In this document: piece by piece, positions 10,982 through 20,610 of the stretch
Numbering within the stretch: the first letter of the stretch is position 1
Layout: every line of letters starts with the position of its first letter
NCBI GenBank assembly: GCA_965223545.1
Contig: OZ245006.1
Span: 7,584,001 to 7,648,000, forward strand
Direction: 5' to 3'
Length of the DNA stretch: 64,000 nt
From: Planctomycetota bacterium
GTDB lineage: Bacteria; Planctomycetota; UBA1135; UBA2386
Translations under genes and position numbers: made by a program
Notes under the pieces: generated by a model
The model's input: the letters and a program-made list of their open reading frames with translations, nothing else
The model's database searches: none
Told to the model about the DNA's origin: nothing

Positions 10982-12136
10982 ATGACCAAGGTGGCGGTAC
11001 TGGCGGGCGGCTGCTCGCCCGAGCATGACGTTTCGCTGCAGTCGGGTGCGCAGGTGCTGCGTCACTTGTCCGCGGCTCATGACGTCTGGCCGGTCTACCT
11101 CGACCGCGAAGGTGCGTGGTGGGCCAGCCCCGAGCCGCTGGCGCCGCCACGCCGGGCGGTGGGGTTCAAGGCCGAGGGCATGCAGTCGCGCTCGCCAGGT
11201 GCCGCGCTGGCTTGGCTGCTCGAAGCCGCGGGGGTCGAGGTGGTGCTGCCCGCGCTGCACGGCGCCTTCGGCGAGGACGGCGCGGTGCAAGGCATGCTGG
11301 AACTCCACGCCGTGCCCTACGTCGGTTGCGGCGTCGCAGCGTCGGCCGTGGCGATGGACAAGATCCGCACGCGCGAAGCGTTGGCATGCGCAGGTGTGCC
11401 GATGCCGAGGGCTTATGTCAGTCCCACGCCGTTGTGGCGTGCCGACCCGAGTCGCGAGGCGGACGCGATCGCGCAGTCGGTGGGCTTTCCGTGCTTTCTC
11501 AAAGTCGACGTCTCGGGCTCGAGCCTCGGCGTGCAGCGCGCCGAGGGCGCCGCGCACGTCGCCGAGTTCTTGGCCCGCGACGGCGGCCTCGGCCAGCGCT
11601 TCTTGGCGGAGGCAGCGGTGGAAGGCGAGGAGATCACGGTTGGCGTGCTCGGCAACAGCGGCCATGCGCTCGAGGCGCTGCCGCCGGTCGGCATCTATCC
11701 GGTGTCGGATGCCTTCTTCACCTACGACGCGAAGTACACCGCGTCGCTGTGCGAAGAGGTGGTTCCGCCGCGCGGCCTCGACGATGTCATGATCGCGTCG
11801 GTGCAGGACTTGGCGGTGCGCTGCCATCAGGCGCTTTGGTGCGACGGGATGTCCAGGGTCGACATGATCGTGGCGGACGACGGTCCGGTCGTGCTCGAGG
11901 TGAACACGATTCCGGGGATGACCGAAGTGAGTCTGCTGCCCCGCGCCGCCGCGGCCGCTGGGCTCGATTTCACCGGTCTGCTCGATCGCTTGCTGCGGCT
12001 GGCGTTGGAGCGCGCCGACGCCGGTGGGCGAACGCAGTCTCCAATCCCGCGCGCGGGCGCTACGCTTTGGCCCCACCCGCCCGCATGCACGCCACGACCG
12101 AGCCGACCGACTCCGTCCCCCGCGCCCAGGGAGTGA
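10982..12136 (+). CDS. ddl: D-alanine--D-alanine ligase
   Basis: GGCSPEHDVSLQSG, ALHGAFGEDGAVQG, MDK, GSSLG, YDAKY, RVD, LEVNTIPGMT. Confidence 0.95.
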   Translation: MTKVAVLAGGCSPEHDVSLQSGAQVLRHLSAAHDVWPVYLDREGAWWASPEPLAPPRRAVGFKAEGMQSRSPGAALAWLLEAAGVEVVLPALHGAFGEDGAVQGMLELHAVPYVGCGVAASAVAMDKIRTREALACAGVPMPRAYVSPTPLWRADPSREADAIAQSVGFPCFLKVDVSGSSLGVQRAEGAAHVAEFLARDGGLGQRFLAEAAVEGEEITVGVLGNSGHALEALPPVGIYPVSDAFFTYDAKYTASLCEEVVPPRGLDDVMIASVQDLAVRCHQALWCDGMSRVDMIVADDGPVVLEVNTIPGMTEVSLLPRAAAAAGLDFTGLLDRLLRLALERADAGGRTQSPIPRAGATLWPHPPACTPRPSRPTPSPAPRE

Positions 12137-14334
12137 CCCCGGCTGGGGACGGCGGTGCATGGCAGTGGCTGCGCGAGCTCGCCGCCGAGCCGGCGTTGCT
12201 CGAAGTGCTGGTCCTCGCCGTCGTCGCCGCCGTGGTGTTCTTGGTCGGAACCCACCTCGTTCGTCGTGTGCGGGAAGCGCGGGCGCGGGGTGCGCTGAGT
12301 GACTACCTGCTCGGCGTCGAGCAGGCGCTGGCGGGCGACGTGCGTGGGGCCGCCAAGCGGTTGCGCAAGGTGTTGGCCGAAGACCCGGAGAACGCGTACG
12401 CACGCCTGCTCTACGGCGAGGTCCTGTGCGAGCTCGGCGAGCCTGGAGCGGCGCACAAAGAGCACCTGTTGTTGCAGCGTTCGTTCGGCATCGATAGCCG
12501 GCGCAACGAGCTCGGTTTGGCGCGGAGTCTGCTCGACAGCGGGCGGGCCGGCGAGGCCGTCGAAGTCGCGGCGCACGCGGTGCAGCGCGTGGAGGATCGC
12601 GCTGGGCTGCGCCTGCTGTTCGCCGCGCAGCTCGCGGCGGGACAGCCTGAAGAAGCGGGGCGCACCGGCTGCAGGCTGGCGCCGATGCTGAGCGACGGCG
12701 GTGAGCGCCGGGCGGTGCGCGCGCGTGCGGCGGCGGCGCTGGCGCTCGCCGGGGCGGTGCGGAGTCGGGGGGGAGACGACGCCGGCGCGGCCGCTCTCTG
12801 CCGCGAGGCCGAGTCGCTGGAGGCCGATGTGCCGGAACTGCGCCAGCTGCGTGCGCGCCAACACATCGAGCGCGGTGACCTGCCGGCGGCGACTGCGCTG
12901 GCAGTCCCGGCACTGGCGGAAGGTGCCACCGGTGCGTTGGCCGTCGAGGCCGGCCGGGCGGCGGTGTTGCCAGCACCATACGTCTGCCCGACCTGTCGCG
13001 GCGCGCTGCCGCGGTGGCAGCTGCGCTGCCCGCACTGCGAGGCCGGTGTGGTGCCGGAGCTCGCCGAGCCGGCGCTCAGCGCACCGATCGAGGACGCGGC
13101 GCAGTGCATGGACGGCATCGACGCCAACCGCGCGCACGTCCGCCGGCAGGTGCGGGCGGCGCTCGCCGGCGACGGAGAGGCGGTGGAAGATCTGGCGGCG
13201 CTCGGCGGAGATGCCGTGGCGGAGCTGTTGGCGGCCGCCGCGCGGCCGTCGGAGCCTCCCGACGTGCTGGTCGGTGTTCTCCGCGGCATGGGACCGCCGG
13301 TCATTCCCGCCCTGTTCGCGGCCCTGCGGCAAGCGACGCGCCGGCCCCTGGGGCGGATCAGCGGGCTGCTCCAACCCAGCCGTGAAGCCGCCGTCGTCGG
13401 TCGCGTGGTGCAGGGCTTTGGTCGTGACGCGTTGCCGTTCTTCGAGGAGCTGGTGGACACCGAAGATCGCGAGCTGCGCAAGGTCGTGCTCGACTTCCTC
13501 ATCGGCCTCGCCGACGAGACCGAGTTGGCGGCCGCGTTGGCCCGCTTCGCCCCGGTCGAGGTGATCCACCGCCTCAACGCCGCCCCGCGGCCGGTCTTGG
13601 TCGCCTTGCTGCGAACGGTGCGCGGCGATGGTTTCGTCGCGAGTGGGCTGCTCGTGCAGTCCAGCTTTCGCCGCGAAGCCGAGCTCGTGGAGGCGCTCGC
13701 CGGCGCCCGCGAACCGGCGGCGTTGATCGGCGTGCTCGAGCGGCGTGGCTACACGCCGCAGCTGGGCGAGCTCTTGGTCGACGCGCTCGGTGATGCGGCG
13801 TTGGCGCCAGTGGCTGGTGATGCCCTCGACCGATTTGCCACGCGGGCGCTGGACCAGATGCTGTCGGCGTACGCCGACCAGGATCGGTCGGCCGACGTTC
13901 GGGAGGGTTTGGCCACGCGCATCGCGGCGCTGGGACCGGACGTCGTCGCGCCGGTGTGCGCGCTGTTCGGCCCCTCCGCGTCGGCGCTCGACGACGACCT
14001 GCACCGCCTCTTGGTCGCGGTCGGACCTGTGGCCCGCGGCCCGCTGGCCGAGGCGTACCGCAGCAGCGGGTTGGTGGAGCGGCTGGCCGGGCGTCTGCCC
14101 GGGCGCCGCACCTCGCGGCACAGCCACCGGCGCGTGCGGATCATCCGCGCGCTGTGCGCCCTCCGCGGCGGCGAGGAGTTGCGGTCGCTACGCGCCGACG
14201 AGACCGATGACAACCTGGCCCTGCGCCTGGCGCAGGCATTACACGAGATCGAGGGCGGTGCGGGTGGCATCGAGCCGCCGGCCGCCGAGCGCGCCAACGA
14301 CTTGGCGGGGGATGAGCATGGCGCGCCTGGGTAG
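12133..14334 (+). CDS. LapB-like membrane-anchored TPR protein with rubredoxin-type Zn site and extra helical-repeat C-terminal region (start uncertain, alternative ATG 12085)
   Basis: N-terminal TM helix, DYLLGVEQALAGD then TPR-like helices, YVCPTC...RCPHC; GTGA overlap with the ddl stop. Confidence 0.7.
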   Translation: MTPAGDGGAWQWLRELAAEPALLEVLVLAVVAAVVFLVGTHLVRRVREARARGALSDYLLGVEQALAGDVRGAAKRLRKVLAEDPENAYARLLYGEVLCELGEPGAAHKEHLLLQRSFGIDSRRNELGLARSLLDSGRAGEAVEVAAHAVQRVEDRAGLRLLFAAQLAAGQPEEAGRTGCRLAPMLSDGGERRAVRARAAAALALAGAVRSRGGDDAGAAALCREAESLEADVPELRQLRARQHIERGDLPAATALAVPALAEGATGALAVEAGRAAVLPAPYVCPTCRGALPRWQLRCPHCEAGVVPELAEPALSAPIEDAAQCMDGIDANRAHVRRQVRAALAGDGEAVEDLAALGGDAVAELLAAAARPSEPPDVLVGVLRGMGPPVIPALFAALRQATRRPLGRISGLLQPSREAAVVGRVVQGFGRDALPFFEELVDTEDRELRKVVLDFLIGLADETELAAALARFAPVEVIHRLNAAPRPVLVALLRTVRGDGFVASGLLVQSSFRREAELVEALAGAREPAALIGVLERRGYTPQLGELLVDALGDAALAPVAGDALDRFATRALDQMLSAYADQDRSADVREGLATRIAALGPDVVAPVCALFGPSASALDDDLHRLLVAVGPVARGPLAEAYRSSGLVERLAGRLPGRRTSRHSHRRVRIIRALCALRGGEELRSLRADETDDNLALRLAQALHEIEGGAGGIEPPAAERANDLAGDEHGAPG

Positions 14335-15583
14335 GCTCTTCGGTCGAGTGATCGGCGCGCCGGTGCGCGCGTTACTGCCGTCCAACCCCTGGCTGCGGCT
14401 GTTGGTCATCGCCCTGCCGGTGCTCGTTCTGCTGGCCTTCCTGCAGCCCGTGCTCGGCTTGGTCGGTGGCGCTTTCCAGCTGGTCGCCGGTCTGCTGGCG
14501 CCGCTTCTCGACAACGCTGTCGGTCGGCTCGTGCTGCTCAATGCGATCCTCGCGGTGGTAGCGCTGGTGGCGTGGTTGCTGCTGCGCAACTCGTTCCGCA
14601 GCCTGCGCTCCGGTCTGCTGCTCCGGCACCATCTGGACGGCGTGCAGGCGTTGCTCGGCGACGATCGGCGCCGGCCGGAGGAGGCGTTCCGCCGGGCCGC
14701 GCGCTCGACCGCCGCGCCACCGCGCGAGTACCGCGCCGCGCCGCAGGACGCGCGCATCAAGTTGGCACGGCTCGCGCTCGAACGCGACGAGCCGGCCGAG
14801 GCGATCGCCTGGTTGACCCGGGTGCGCGAGAAGCGTCTGCCGGCCGAGTTGCGGCGCAGCCTCTTGCAGCTGAGGGTCGAGGCGGCCGAGGTGCAGGGCG
14901 AGATGTTGCCGGAGACCGTCGAGCGCGAGGTGGTCGAGGCACTCGAGCGCTTCGCCGACGACGCACACCTGTTGGCGGCGCTGCGGCGCCTGCTCATCGC
15001 GCGCGGCGCCTTGGCCGAGGCCGCCGACGTGCAGGCGCGGCTGTTGGCGGCGGCCGCGCCGCGCGCCGCGGCGGCCGCGCGCCAACAGCTTCTCGACGAC
15101 CTGATCCGCGCCGGGGAGCAGGCTCTGGAGGGCGGCGACCCGCAGGCTGCCGCCGGGTTTGCCCGCCGGGCCCACGCCGTCGAGGCGACCCCTGCGGCTG
15201 GTGTCCTTCTCGGTCGCGCGATGCTGGCCAGTGGCGACGTCACCGCCGCGGTTCGAGAGTGGGGTGCAGTGCGGGCCCCGGAGGGCCTGGCGCGGCTCGC
15301 CGAGCTGTTCGACGAACGGCCCGGTGTCTTGAGTCCGCGCCAACTGCTGCAGGCGTGCCCGACCCAGGGAGCACTCTTGCTGGTGGCCCGCGAGTACGCC
15401 CGCGCCGGCGAGCCGGTCAAGGCCCTGCGGGCGGCACGGCGGGCAGCGCGCGCATTGGGCCCGACGCCGACGGTCACCGCGGTGCTCGGCGAAGTGCTGG
15501 AGCGCTGCGGACAGACGGCCGAGGCCGCCGAGTTGCGGCAATCGGCGTTGCGGTTGGCGGTCGGGGGCGAGGCTCCCGCCTGA
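14312..15583 (+). CDS. Membrane-anchored TPR-like protein
   Basis: N-terminal hydrophobic segments followed by Ala/Leu/Arg-rich helical repeats; overlaps upstream gene end. Confidence 0.7.
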   Translation: MSMARLGRLFGRVIGAPVRALLPSNPWLRLLVIALPVLVLLAFLQPVLGLVGGAFQLVAGLLAPLLDNAVGRLVLLNAILAVVALVAWLLLRNSFRSLRSGLLLRHHLDGVQALLGDDRRRPEEAFRRAARSTAAPPREYRAAPQDARIKLARLALERDEPAEAIAWLTRVREKRLPAELRRSLLQLRVEAAEVQGEMLPETVEREVVEALERFADDAHLLAALRRLLIARGALAEAADVQARLLAAAAPRAAAAARQQLLDDLIRAGEQALEGGDPQAAAGFARRAHAVEATPAAGVLLGRAMLASGDVTAAVREWGAVRAPEGLARLAELFDERPGVLSPRQLLQACPTQGALLLVAREYARAGEPVKALRAARRAARALGPTPTVTAVLGEVLERCGQTAEAAELRQSALRLAVGGEAPA

Positions 15584-15659
15584 CTCGGGCGGTTTGCGGG
15601 TTCCGTTCGAGGCTGGAACACGCTCTGCCCGGCGCTACCCTGTTGCCGTTTCGCGAAAC

Positions 15660-15746
15660 GCCGGAGTGGCGGAATGGCAGACGCGTCGGATTCAAAATCC
15701 GATGCCCGTAAAGGGCGTGTGGGTTCGAGTCCCACCTCCGGTACCA
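15660..15746 (+). tRNA. tRNA-Leu (anticodon CAA)
   Basis: GCCGGAG/CTCCGGT acceptor stem, anticodon arm TCGGA-TTCAAAA-TCCGA, long variable arm GCCC-GTAAA-GGGC, GGTTCGAGTCC T-arm, encoded CCA. Confidence 0.97.
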
Positions 15747-15820
15747 GCGATCTGCGGCAGCGCCGGCAGTCGAGGCCAAGCCGCGTTGCATTCTCTGCTC
15801 TCATCACCTGAGATCTAGAG

Positions 15821-17353
15821 ATGCGCAATCTCTCGAGCTTCGTGTGCGGCCGCTGGCAGGAGGGCCAGGGGACGCTGAGTGAACTCGTCAACCCCGCGAC
15901 CGAGCAGCCGCTCGCGCGCTGTGGAACCGGCGGGGTCGACTTCGGTGCCGCGCTGGCGCACGCGCGGTCGGTGGGTGGGCCGGCGCTGGTGGCGATGTCG
16001 TTCCAAGAGCGCGGTGCCGCGTTGAAGGCGATGTCGCAGGCGGTGCACGAGTGCCGCGAGGAGCTGATCGAGCTGGCGGTGGCCAACGGCGGCTGCACCC
16101 GCGGCGATGCGAAGTTCGACATCGACGGGGCAACGGGCACGCTGGCGGCCTATGCGCACTACGCCAAGGCCCTGCCCGAGCGGCCGTATCTGGTCGATGG
16201 CGACGGCGTGCAGCTCGGGCGGACTGCCCGGTTTTGGGGGCAGCACATCTGGGTGACGCGACCCGGTGCCGCGGTGCACATCAACGCGTTCAACTTCCCG
16301 GCCTGGGGAATGATGGAGAAGTTGGCCTGTGCCGTGCTCGCGGGGATGCCGGTCATCGAGAAGCCGGGCACGCCGACGGCGCTGGTGGCCTGGCGCGTGG
16401 CGCAGATCGGCATCGAGTGCGGCGCGCTGCCCGAGGGCGCCTACCAGTTCCTCTGCGGCAGCGCCGGGGATCTGCTCGACCACCTCGGCCCGCAGGACTG
16501 CTTGGCGTTCACCGGATCCTCCGCGACCGGCGCTCGTTTGCGCGGCCACGAGACGGTGGTGCGCAACAACGTCCGCGTCAACATCGAAGCCGACTCGCTC
16601 AACGCGGCTGTGTTGGCGCCCGACGTCGAGCTCGGTTCCGAGACGTTTGCGCTGTTCGTCCGCAACATCGTCCTCGACATGACGCAGAAGACCGGGCAGA
16701 AGTGCACGGCAGTGCGGCGCATTCTGGTGCCGGAGGGGATGGTTGACGAGGTGCGCGAGGCGGTCGTCGATGGTTTGCAGCGGATTCGGGTCGGTGATCC
16801 CAAAGATGCCGACGTGCGCATGGGGCCTTTGACCAGTGCCTCGCAGCTCGACGAAGTGCTGGCTGGAATCGGGCAGCTGGCCGCGGGCGGGGCGACCGCG
16901 TGTGGTGGGCCTGAGCGTCTCGCCCAGCCCGGCTATTTCGTTGCGCCGACTCTGATCGTCGCGACCGACGCGTCGGCCGATGTGTACCACGCGTTCGAGG
17001 TCTTCGGACCGTGTGCCTCGGTGTTGCCGTACGACGGCAGCGCGGACACGGCTGCCGCCCTCACCGTACGCGGCGGCGGTGGCTTGGTGTGCAGTGTCTA
17101 CTCCAACGACGTCGCCTGGACCGAGCAGTTCGTGCACGCGGTTGCCCCATGGCATGGGCGGGTCTGGATCGGCAGCGAGAAGTCGGCTGAGCAGGCCTTG
17201 CCGCCGGGGATGGTGTTGCCGGCGATGGTGCACGGCGGACCGGGGCGCGCGGGCGGCGGCGAAGAGCTCGGTGCCGAGCGCGGTTTGCACTTCTACATGC
17301 AGCGCACTGCCCTGCAGGGATTCCGCGGCACGCTCGAGAAGAGCTTCGGCTAA
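15821..17353 (+). CDS. Aldehyde dehydrogenase, PaaZ-N / 3,4-dehydroadipyl-CoA semialdehyde dehydrogenase-like
   Basis: HINAFNFPAWGMMEK, FTGS, EADSLN, GQKCTAVRR, EVFGP, HGGPGRAGGGEELG; no MaoC domain. Confidence 0.88.
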   Translation: MRNLSSFVCGRWQEGQGTLSELVNPATEQPLARCGTGGVDFGAALAHARSVGGPALVAMSFQERGAALKAMSQAVHECREELIELAVANGGCTRGDAKFDIDGATGTLAAYAHYAKALPERPYLVDGDGVQLGRTARFWGQHIWVTRPGAAVHINAFNFPAWGMMEKLACAVLAGMPVIEKPGTPTALVAWRVAQIGIECGALPEGAYQFLCGSAGDLLDHLGPQDCLAFTGSSATGARLRGHETVVRNNVRVNIEADSLNAAVLAPDVELGSETFALFVRNIVLDMTQKTGQKCTAVRRILVPEGMVDEVREAVVDGLQRIRVGDPKDADVRMGPLTSASQLDEVLAGIGQLAAGGATACGGPERLAQPGYFVAPTLIVATDASADVYHAFEVFGPCASVLPYDGSADTAAALTVRGGGGLVCSVYSNDVAWTEQFVHAVAPWHGRVWIGSEKSAEQALPPGMVLPAMVHGGPGRAGGGEELGAERGLHFYMQRTALQGFRGTLEKSFG

Positions 17354-17474
17354 GAGGCGCGGCCGGGCTTCGTGTGGGATGCGCGCCACCGCGCCCGGAT
17401 TGACGGTCGACCGGTGACGCTGTAGATCGGGGGCAACTTGAACGCGTCCATCGCGGCGCTAAGGAGTTCACCTC

Positions 17475-19931
17475 GTGCACGGATCGACGATGCGTCTCGC
17501 CACCACAGCGCTTGCCGGTCTCGCGATCGCGGCGAGCGCGGCGGCCTCGGATCTCAAGCTCGACGGACGCGTTTCCGTCGAGAAGCGAATGGGCGGCCAG
17601 GTCGTGGTCACCGTCACTGGCAACCCCAACTCGGCGGTGACCCTGTTCATCGACGTGAGTGCCGGGCCGACGATGTTCCTCGGTCAGAGCCTGCCGCTCG
17701 GCTTCACCGGGGCGCTCGGCACCTTGGTGGCGGGCAACACCGATGCCAGCGGCCAGCTGACCCTGCCGCTGCCGCTGCCGGCGTCGCCGGCGCTGCACGA
17801 GCTGACGATCTACCTGCTCGCGGCAGTGGCGGATCCGTCCGCGCCGGCCGGGCTCGACTTCAGCAACGGCGCCGATCTGACCTTGGTCGACCGCAACGTC
17901 GAGCTCGCCGGCAACAGCCTCGCGGCGTTTCCGTTCTTCGACTACGTGCGCGCGATCAACGCTGGCGCGAGCGTCGAGCTGGCCATCGATCCCGCGCAGC
18001 TCCCCGAGATCGCCGGCCAATCCGCCGACGTCTACGTGGTGGACTCGAAGACCCGCACGCAGTGGATCGCCGACGGCTCGCTCACCGACGTGGCCGGCGG
18101 TCCGCAGACCGTGGCGTTCACCACCACCACGGTGCAGGCCAACACCATCACGCTGGACAGCGGCGCGCTCGCCGGGCCCGACGCCAGCGCGAGCTCGGGC
18201 GACACGCGCATCGGCGTGGGCTACGACGTCGTCATCGACGTCAATCAGAACGGTCGATTCGACGCGGCGGTCGACTTGATCGACGGCTACGACGACGCGG
18301 TCGCGGGCTTCTACGTGGTGCGCGACACCTCGGCCGGCTCCACTCCCGGCAACCCCGCTGCGGGGCCGCTCGCGGTGAGCGAGGCGATCTACACGGGCGG
18401 GGTGTTCTTGGGTCAAGTCACGTTCTGGCCCACCGACATCGCCAACCTTGGGCAGCTGCCGCTGGTCGTGATCAGCCACGGAAACGGCCACAACTACCAG
18501 TGGTATTCCCACCTCGGCTACCACCTCGCGAGCTACGGCTACGTGGTGATGAGCCACGAGAACAACACCGGCCCGGGCAGCGGCACGGCGGCGCAGTCGA
18601 CGCTCGCCAACACCGATTTCCTGCTCGAGTACCAACACGTGATCGGCGGCGGCGCGCTCAACGGCCACCTCGACACCAGCCGGATCATCTGGATCGGCCA
18701 CAGCCGCGGCGGCGACGGCGTCGCGCGGGCCTACGACGATCTGTTCAAGGGCGTGGTGACGCCGACCCACTTCTCGATCGACGACATCGTGCTCGTCGAC
18801 AGCATCGCGCCGGTCGACTTCGGTGGGTTCGAAGGCGCCAGCCCGGTGTTGGCGGGCACGTCGGGCTCCCACCCGCACGACGCCAACTTCCACCTCTGGG
18901 TCGCCCAGGCCGACGCGGACGTCAACGGTTGCGCGTCGTCGGCGACCCTGCAGTGGTACCACCTCCACGACCGCGCGACCGCGCTGCGGTCGTCGACCTC
19001 TCTCTACGGCGTGGGCCACGGCGACTACCACAACGGCAACGCCAGCTCGGTCGCCTCCGGACCGGGCCTGATCGGCCGGTCGACGACGCACCTGATCATG
19101 CTGGGCTACATCCTGCCCCTGCTGAAGCACTACGTCGAAGGCGACGTGCCCTCGCGTGACTTCCTGTGGCGTCAGTACGAGTCGTTCCGGCCGATCGGTG
19201 TGCCGATCATGCCCGGCCTCGTCGCCAACCTGCTGTTCCAGGACGACAAGGCGTCGGGCAAGTTCATCATCGACGACTTCCAGGACATTCTCACCGGCGG
19301 CGCTTCGCCGGCGGTGGCGAGCTCGGGAGCCCCGGTGACGCGCACTACGCCGTCCTACGTCGAAGGCACGATGGACGACAGCGACCGGTTCTTCTCGCGC
19401 AACGCGGCGGATCCGTTCAACGGGTTCACGATGGACGACGATGGCGGCACCGGCCCGTTCCGTTCGGAGAGCTTCGGCAGCGTGTTCAGCGTCGACGGCA
19501 CTGGTGATTTCGACATCACCTACGACGTGTCGGCGACGGTGCCTCGCTTTGCCGACTACGAGTACCTGTCGTTCCGCGCGGCGCAGGGCACCCGGCACCC
19601 GCTGACCGAGGCGTTGCTCGCCGACCTGACGTTCACGGTGACGCTCGAGGACCAGGACGGAGTGCAGAGCTCGATCGACTTCAGCGCCTACGGCGCGGGC
19701 ATCGAGCAGCCCTATCTGCGTCCGGGGTGCACTGCCGGCGGCGCGCCGCCTCCCAACGTCGGTTGGAACTCCGAGTTCGAGACGATCCGCATCCGCATCG
19801 ACGATTTCCTGCAGAACGGCAGTGGCCTGGATCTGACGGCGATCTCGAAGCTGATCTTCAACTTCGGCCCGTCGTGGGGCTCGTCCGTGGGCCGGATCGG
19901 CCTGGACGAGATCGAGCTGACCGCCAAGTGA
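17475..19931 (+). CDS. Secreted multidomain alpha/beta-hydrolase-fold protein
   Basis: AAGGAG RBS, signal peptide, PLVVISHG...HLASYGYVV, nucleophile elbow GHSRGG, candidate Asp (ADADV) and His (GVGHG). Confidence 0.8.
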   Translation: MHGSTMRLATTALAGLAIAASAAASDLKLDGRVSVEKRMGGQVVVTVTGNPNSAVTLFIDVSAGPTMFLGQSLPLGFTGALGTLVAGNTDASGQLTLPLPLPASPALHELTIYLLAAVADPSAPAGLDFSNGADLTLVDRNVELAGNSLAAFPFFDYVRAINAGASVELAIDPAQLPEIAGQSADVYVVDSKTRTQWIADGSLTDVAGGPQTVAFTTTTVQANTITLDSGALAGPDASASSGDTRIGVGYDVVIDVNQNGRFDAAVDLIDGYDDAVAGFYVVRDTSAGSTPGNPAAGPLAVSEAIYTGGVFLGQVTFWPTDIANLGQLPLVVISHGNGHNYQWYSHLGYHLASYGYVVMSHENNTGPGSGTAAQSTLANTDFLLEYQHVIGGGALNGHLDTSRIIWIGHSRGGDGVARAYDDLFKGVVTPTHFSIDDIVLVDSIAPVDFGGFEGASPVLAGTSGSHPHDANFHLWVAQADADVNGCASSATLQWYHLHDRATALRSSTSLYGVGHGDYHNGNASSVASGPGLIGRSTTHLIMLGYILPLLKHYVEGDVPSRDFLWRQYESFRPIGVPIMPGLVANLLFQDDKASGKFIIDDFQDILTGGASPAVASSGAPVTRTTPSYVEGTMDDSDRFFSRNAADPFNGFTMDDDGGTGPFRSESFGSVFSVDGTGDFDITYDVSATVPRFADYEYLSFRAAQGTRHPLTEALLADLTFTVTLEDQDGVQSSIDFSAYGAGIEQPYLRPGCTAGGAPPPNVGWNSEFETIRIRIDDFLQNGSGLDLTAISKLIFNFGPSWGSSVGRIGLDEIELTAK

Positions 19932-19948
19932 GCCAAGGAGCGCACGCC

Positions 19949-20584
19949 ATGAAGACAACCCGTTTGGTTCTCTATGCCGCGCTGGTCAGCACCTCGGTGC
20001 TCGTCGCCGGCTCCTCGCTCTGGTCGCCCCAGCAGGACCCCGAGGTCCGACCGGACATCCCGAGCAATCCGATGGCCGAGGAGGTGCGGCTGGTCGAGGC
20101 GCGCCGCTTCACCGTGGGTGAGAAGATCGTGCACGCCTGGCGGCGCGACGGCCTGCAGTACGACTCCGGCTGGCTGTTGGTGCTCGAGGCCGCGCCCGGC
20201 TTGATCCTGCCGCGGCAGACCTACGAGCCGGTTCTCTACGTCGGCGCCCAGACCGCCGATCGAGTGCACGCGTCGGAGCAGTCCGGTCGCGTGGTCGCGA
20301 TCGTGCCGGGCGACTTCCTGCTGACCGATGTGCCGATCTTCTTCGGTGCGCCGGCTCTGCCCGAGGAGCTGGGCCAGACCGAGATCGATGCCGCGTTGCA
20401 ACGCGCCGTCGACGCCGGCGTGGTGCCGCCGTCGCTGGACGCGGTGGCGCGTGCGGTCGACCCGACGCCGCTGCACGTCGCGGATCATTATCAGCTCCGG
20501 CAGCGTGCGGTCGATTTGGTCGAGAAGCACTCGCCGCAGGCAACCGACTTCATTCGCGGCGCGCGCGCGCCGCTGATTCGTTGA
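19949..20584 (+). CDS. Hypothetical exported protein
   Basis: AAGGAG RBS, N-terminal hydrophobic segment, co-oriented between two secreted-protein genes. Confidence 0.75.
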   Translation: MKTTRLVLYAALVSTSVLVAGSSLWSPQQDPEVRPDIPSNPMAEEVRLVEARRFTVGEKIVHAWRRDGLQYDSGWLLVLEAAPGLILPRQTYEPVLYVGAQTADRVHASEQSGRVVAIVPGDFLLTDVPIFFGAPALPEELGQTEIDAALQRAVDAGVVPPSLDAVARAVDPTPLHVADHYQLRQRAVDLVEKHSPQATDFIRGARAPLIR

Positions 20585-20610
20585 GGCCGTTCATTTCAGG
20601 GATCTCCATC

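Noticed and set aside
17400..17428. Sigma70 promoter TTGACG-N17-TAGATC
   Set aside because: Good -35 and spacing, but the -10 lacks the conserved final T; too weak to call
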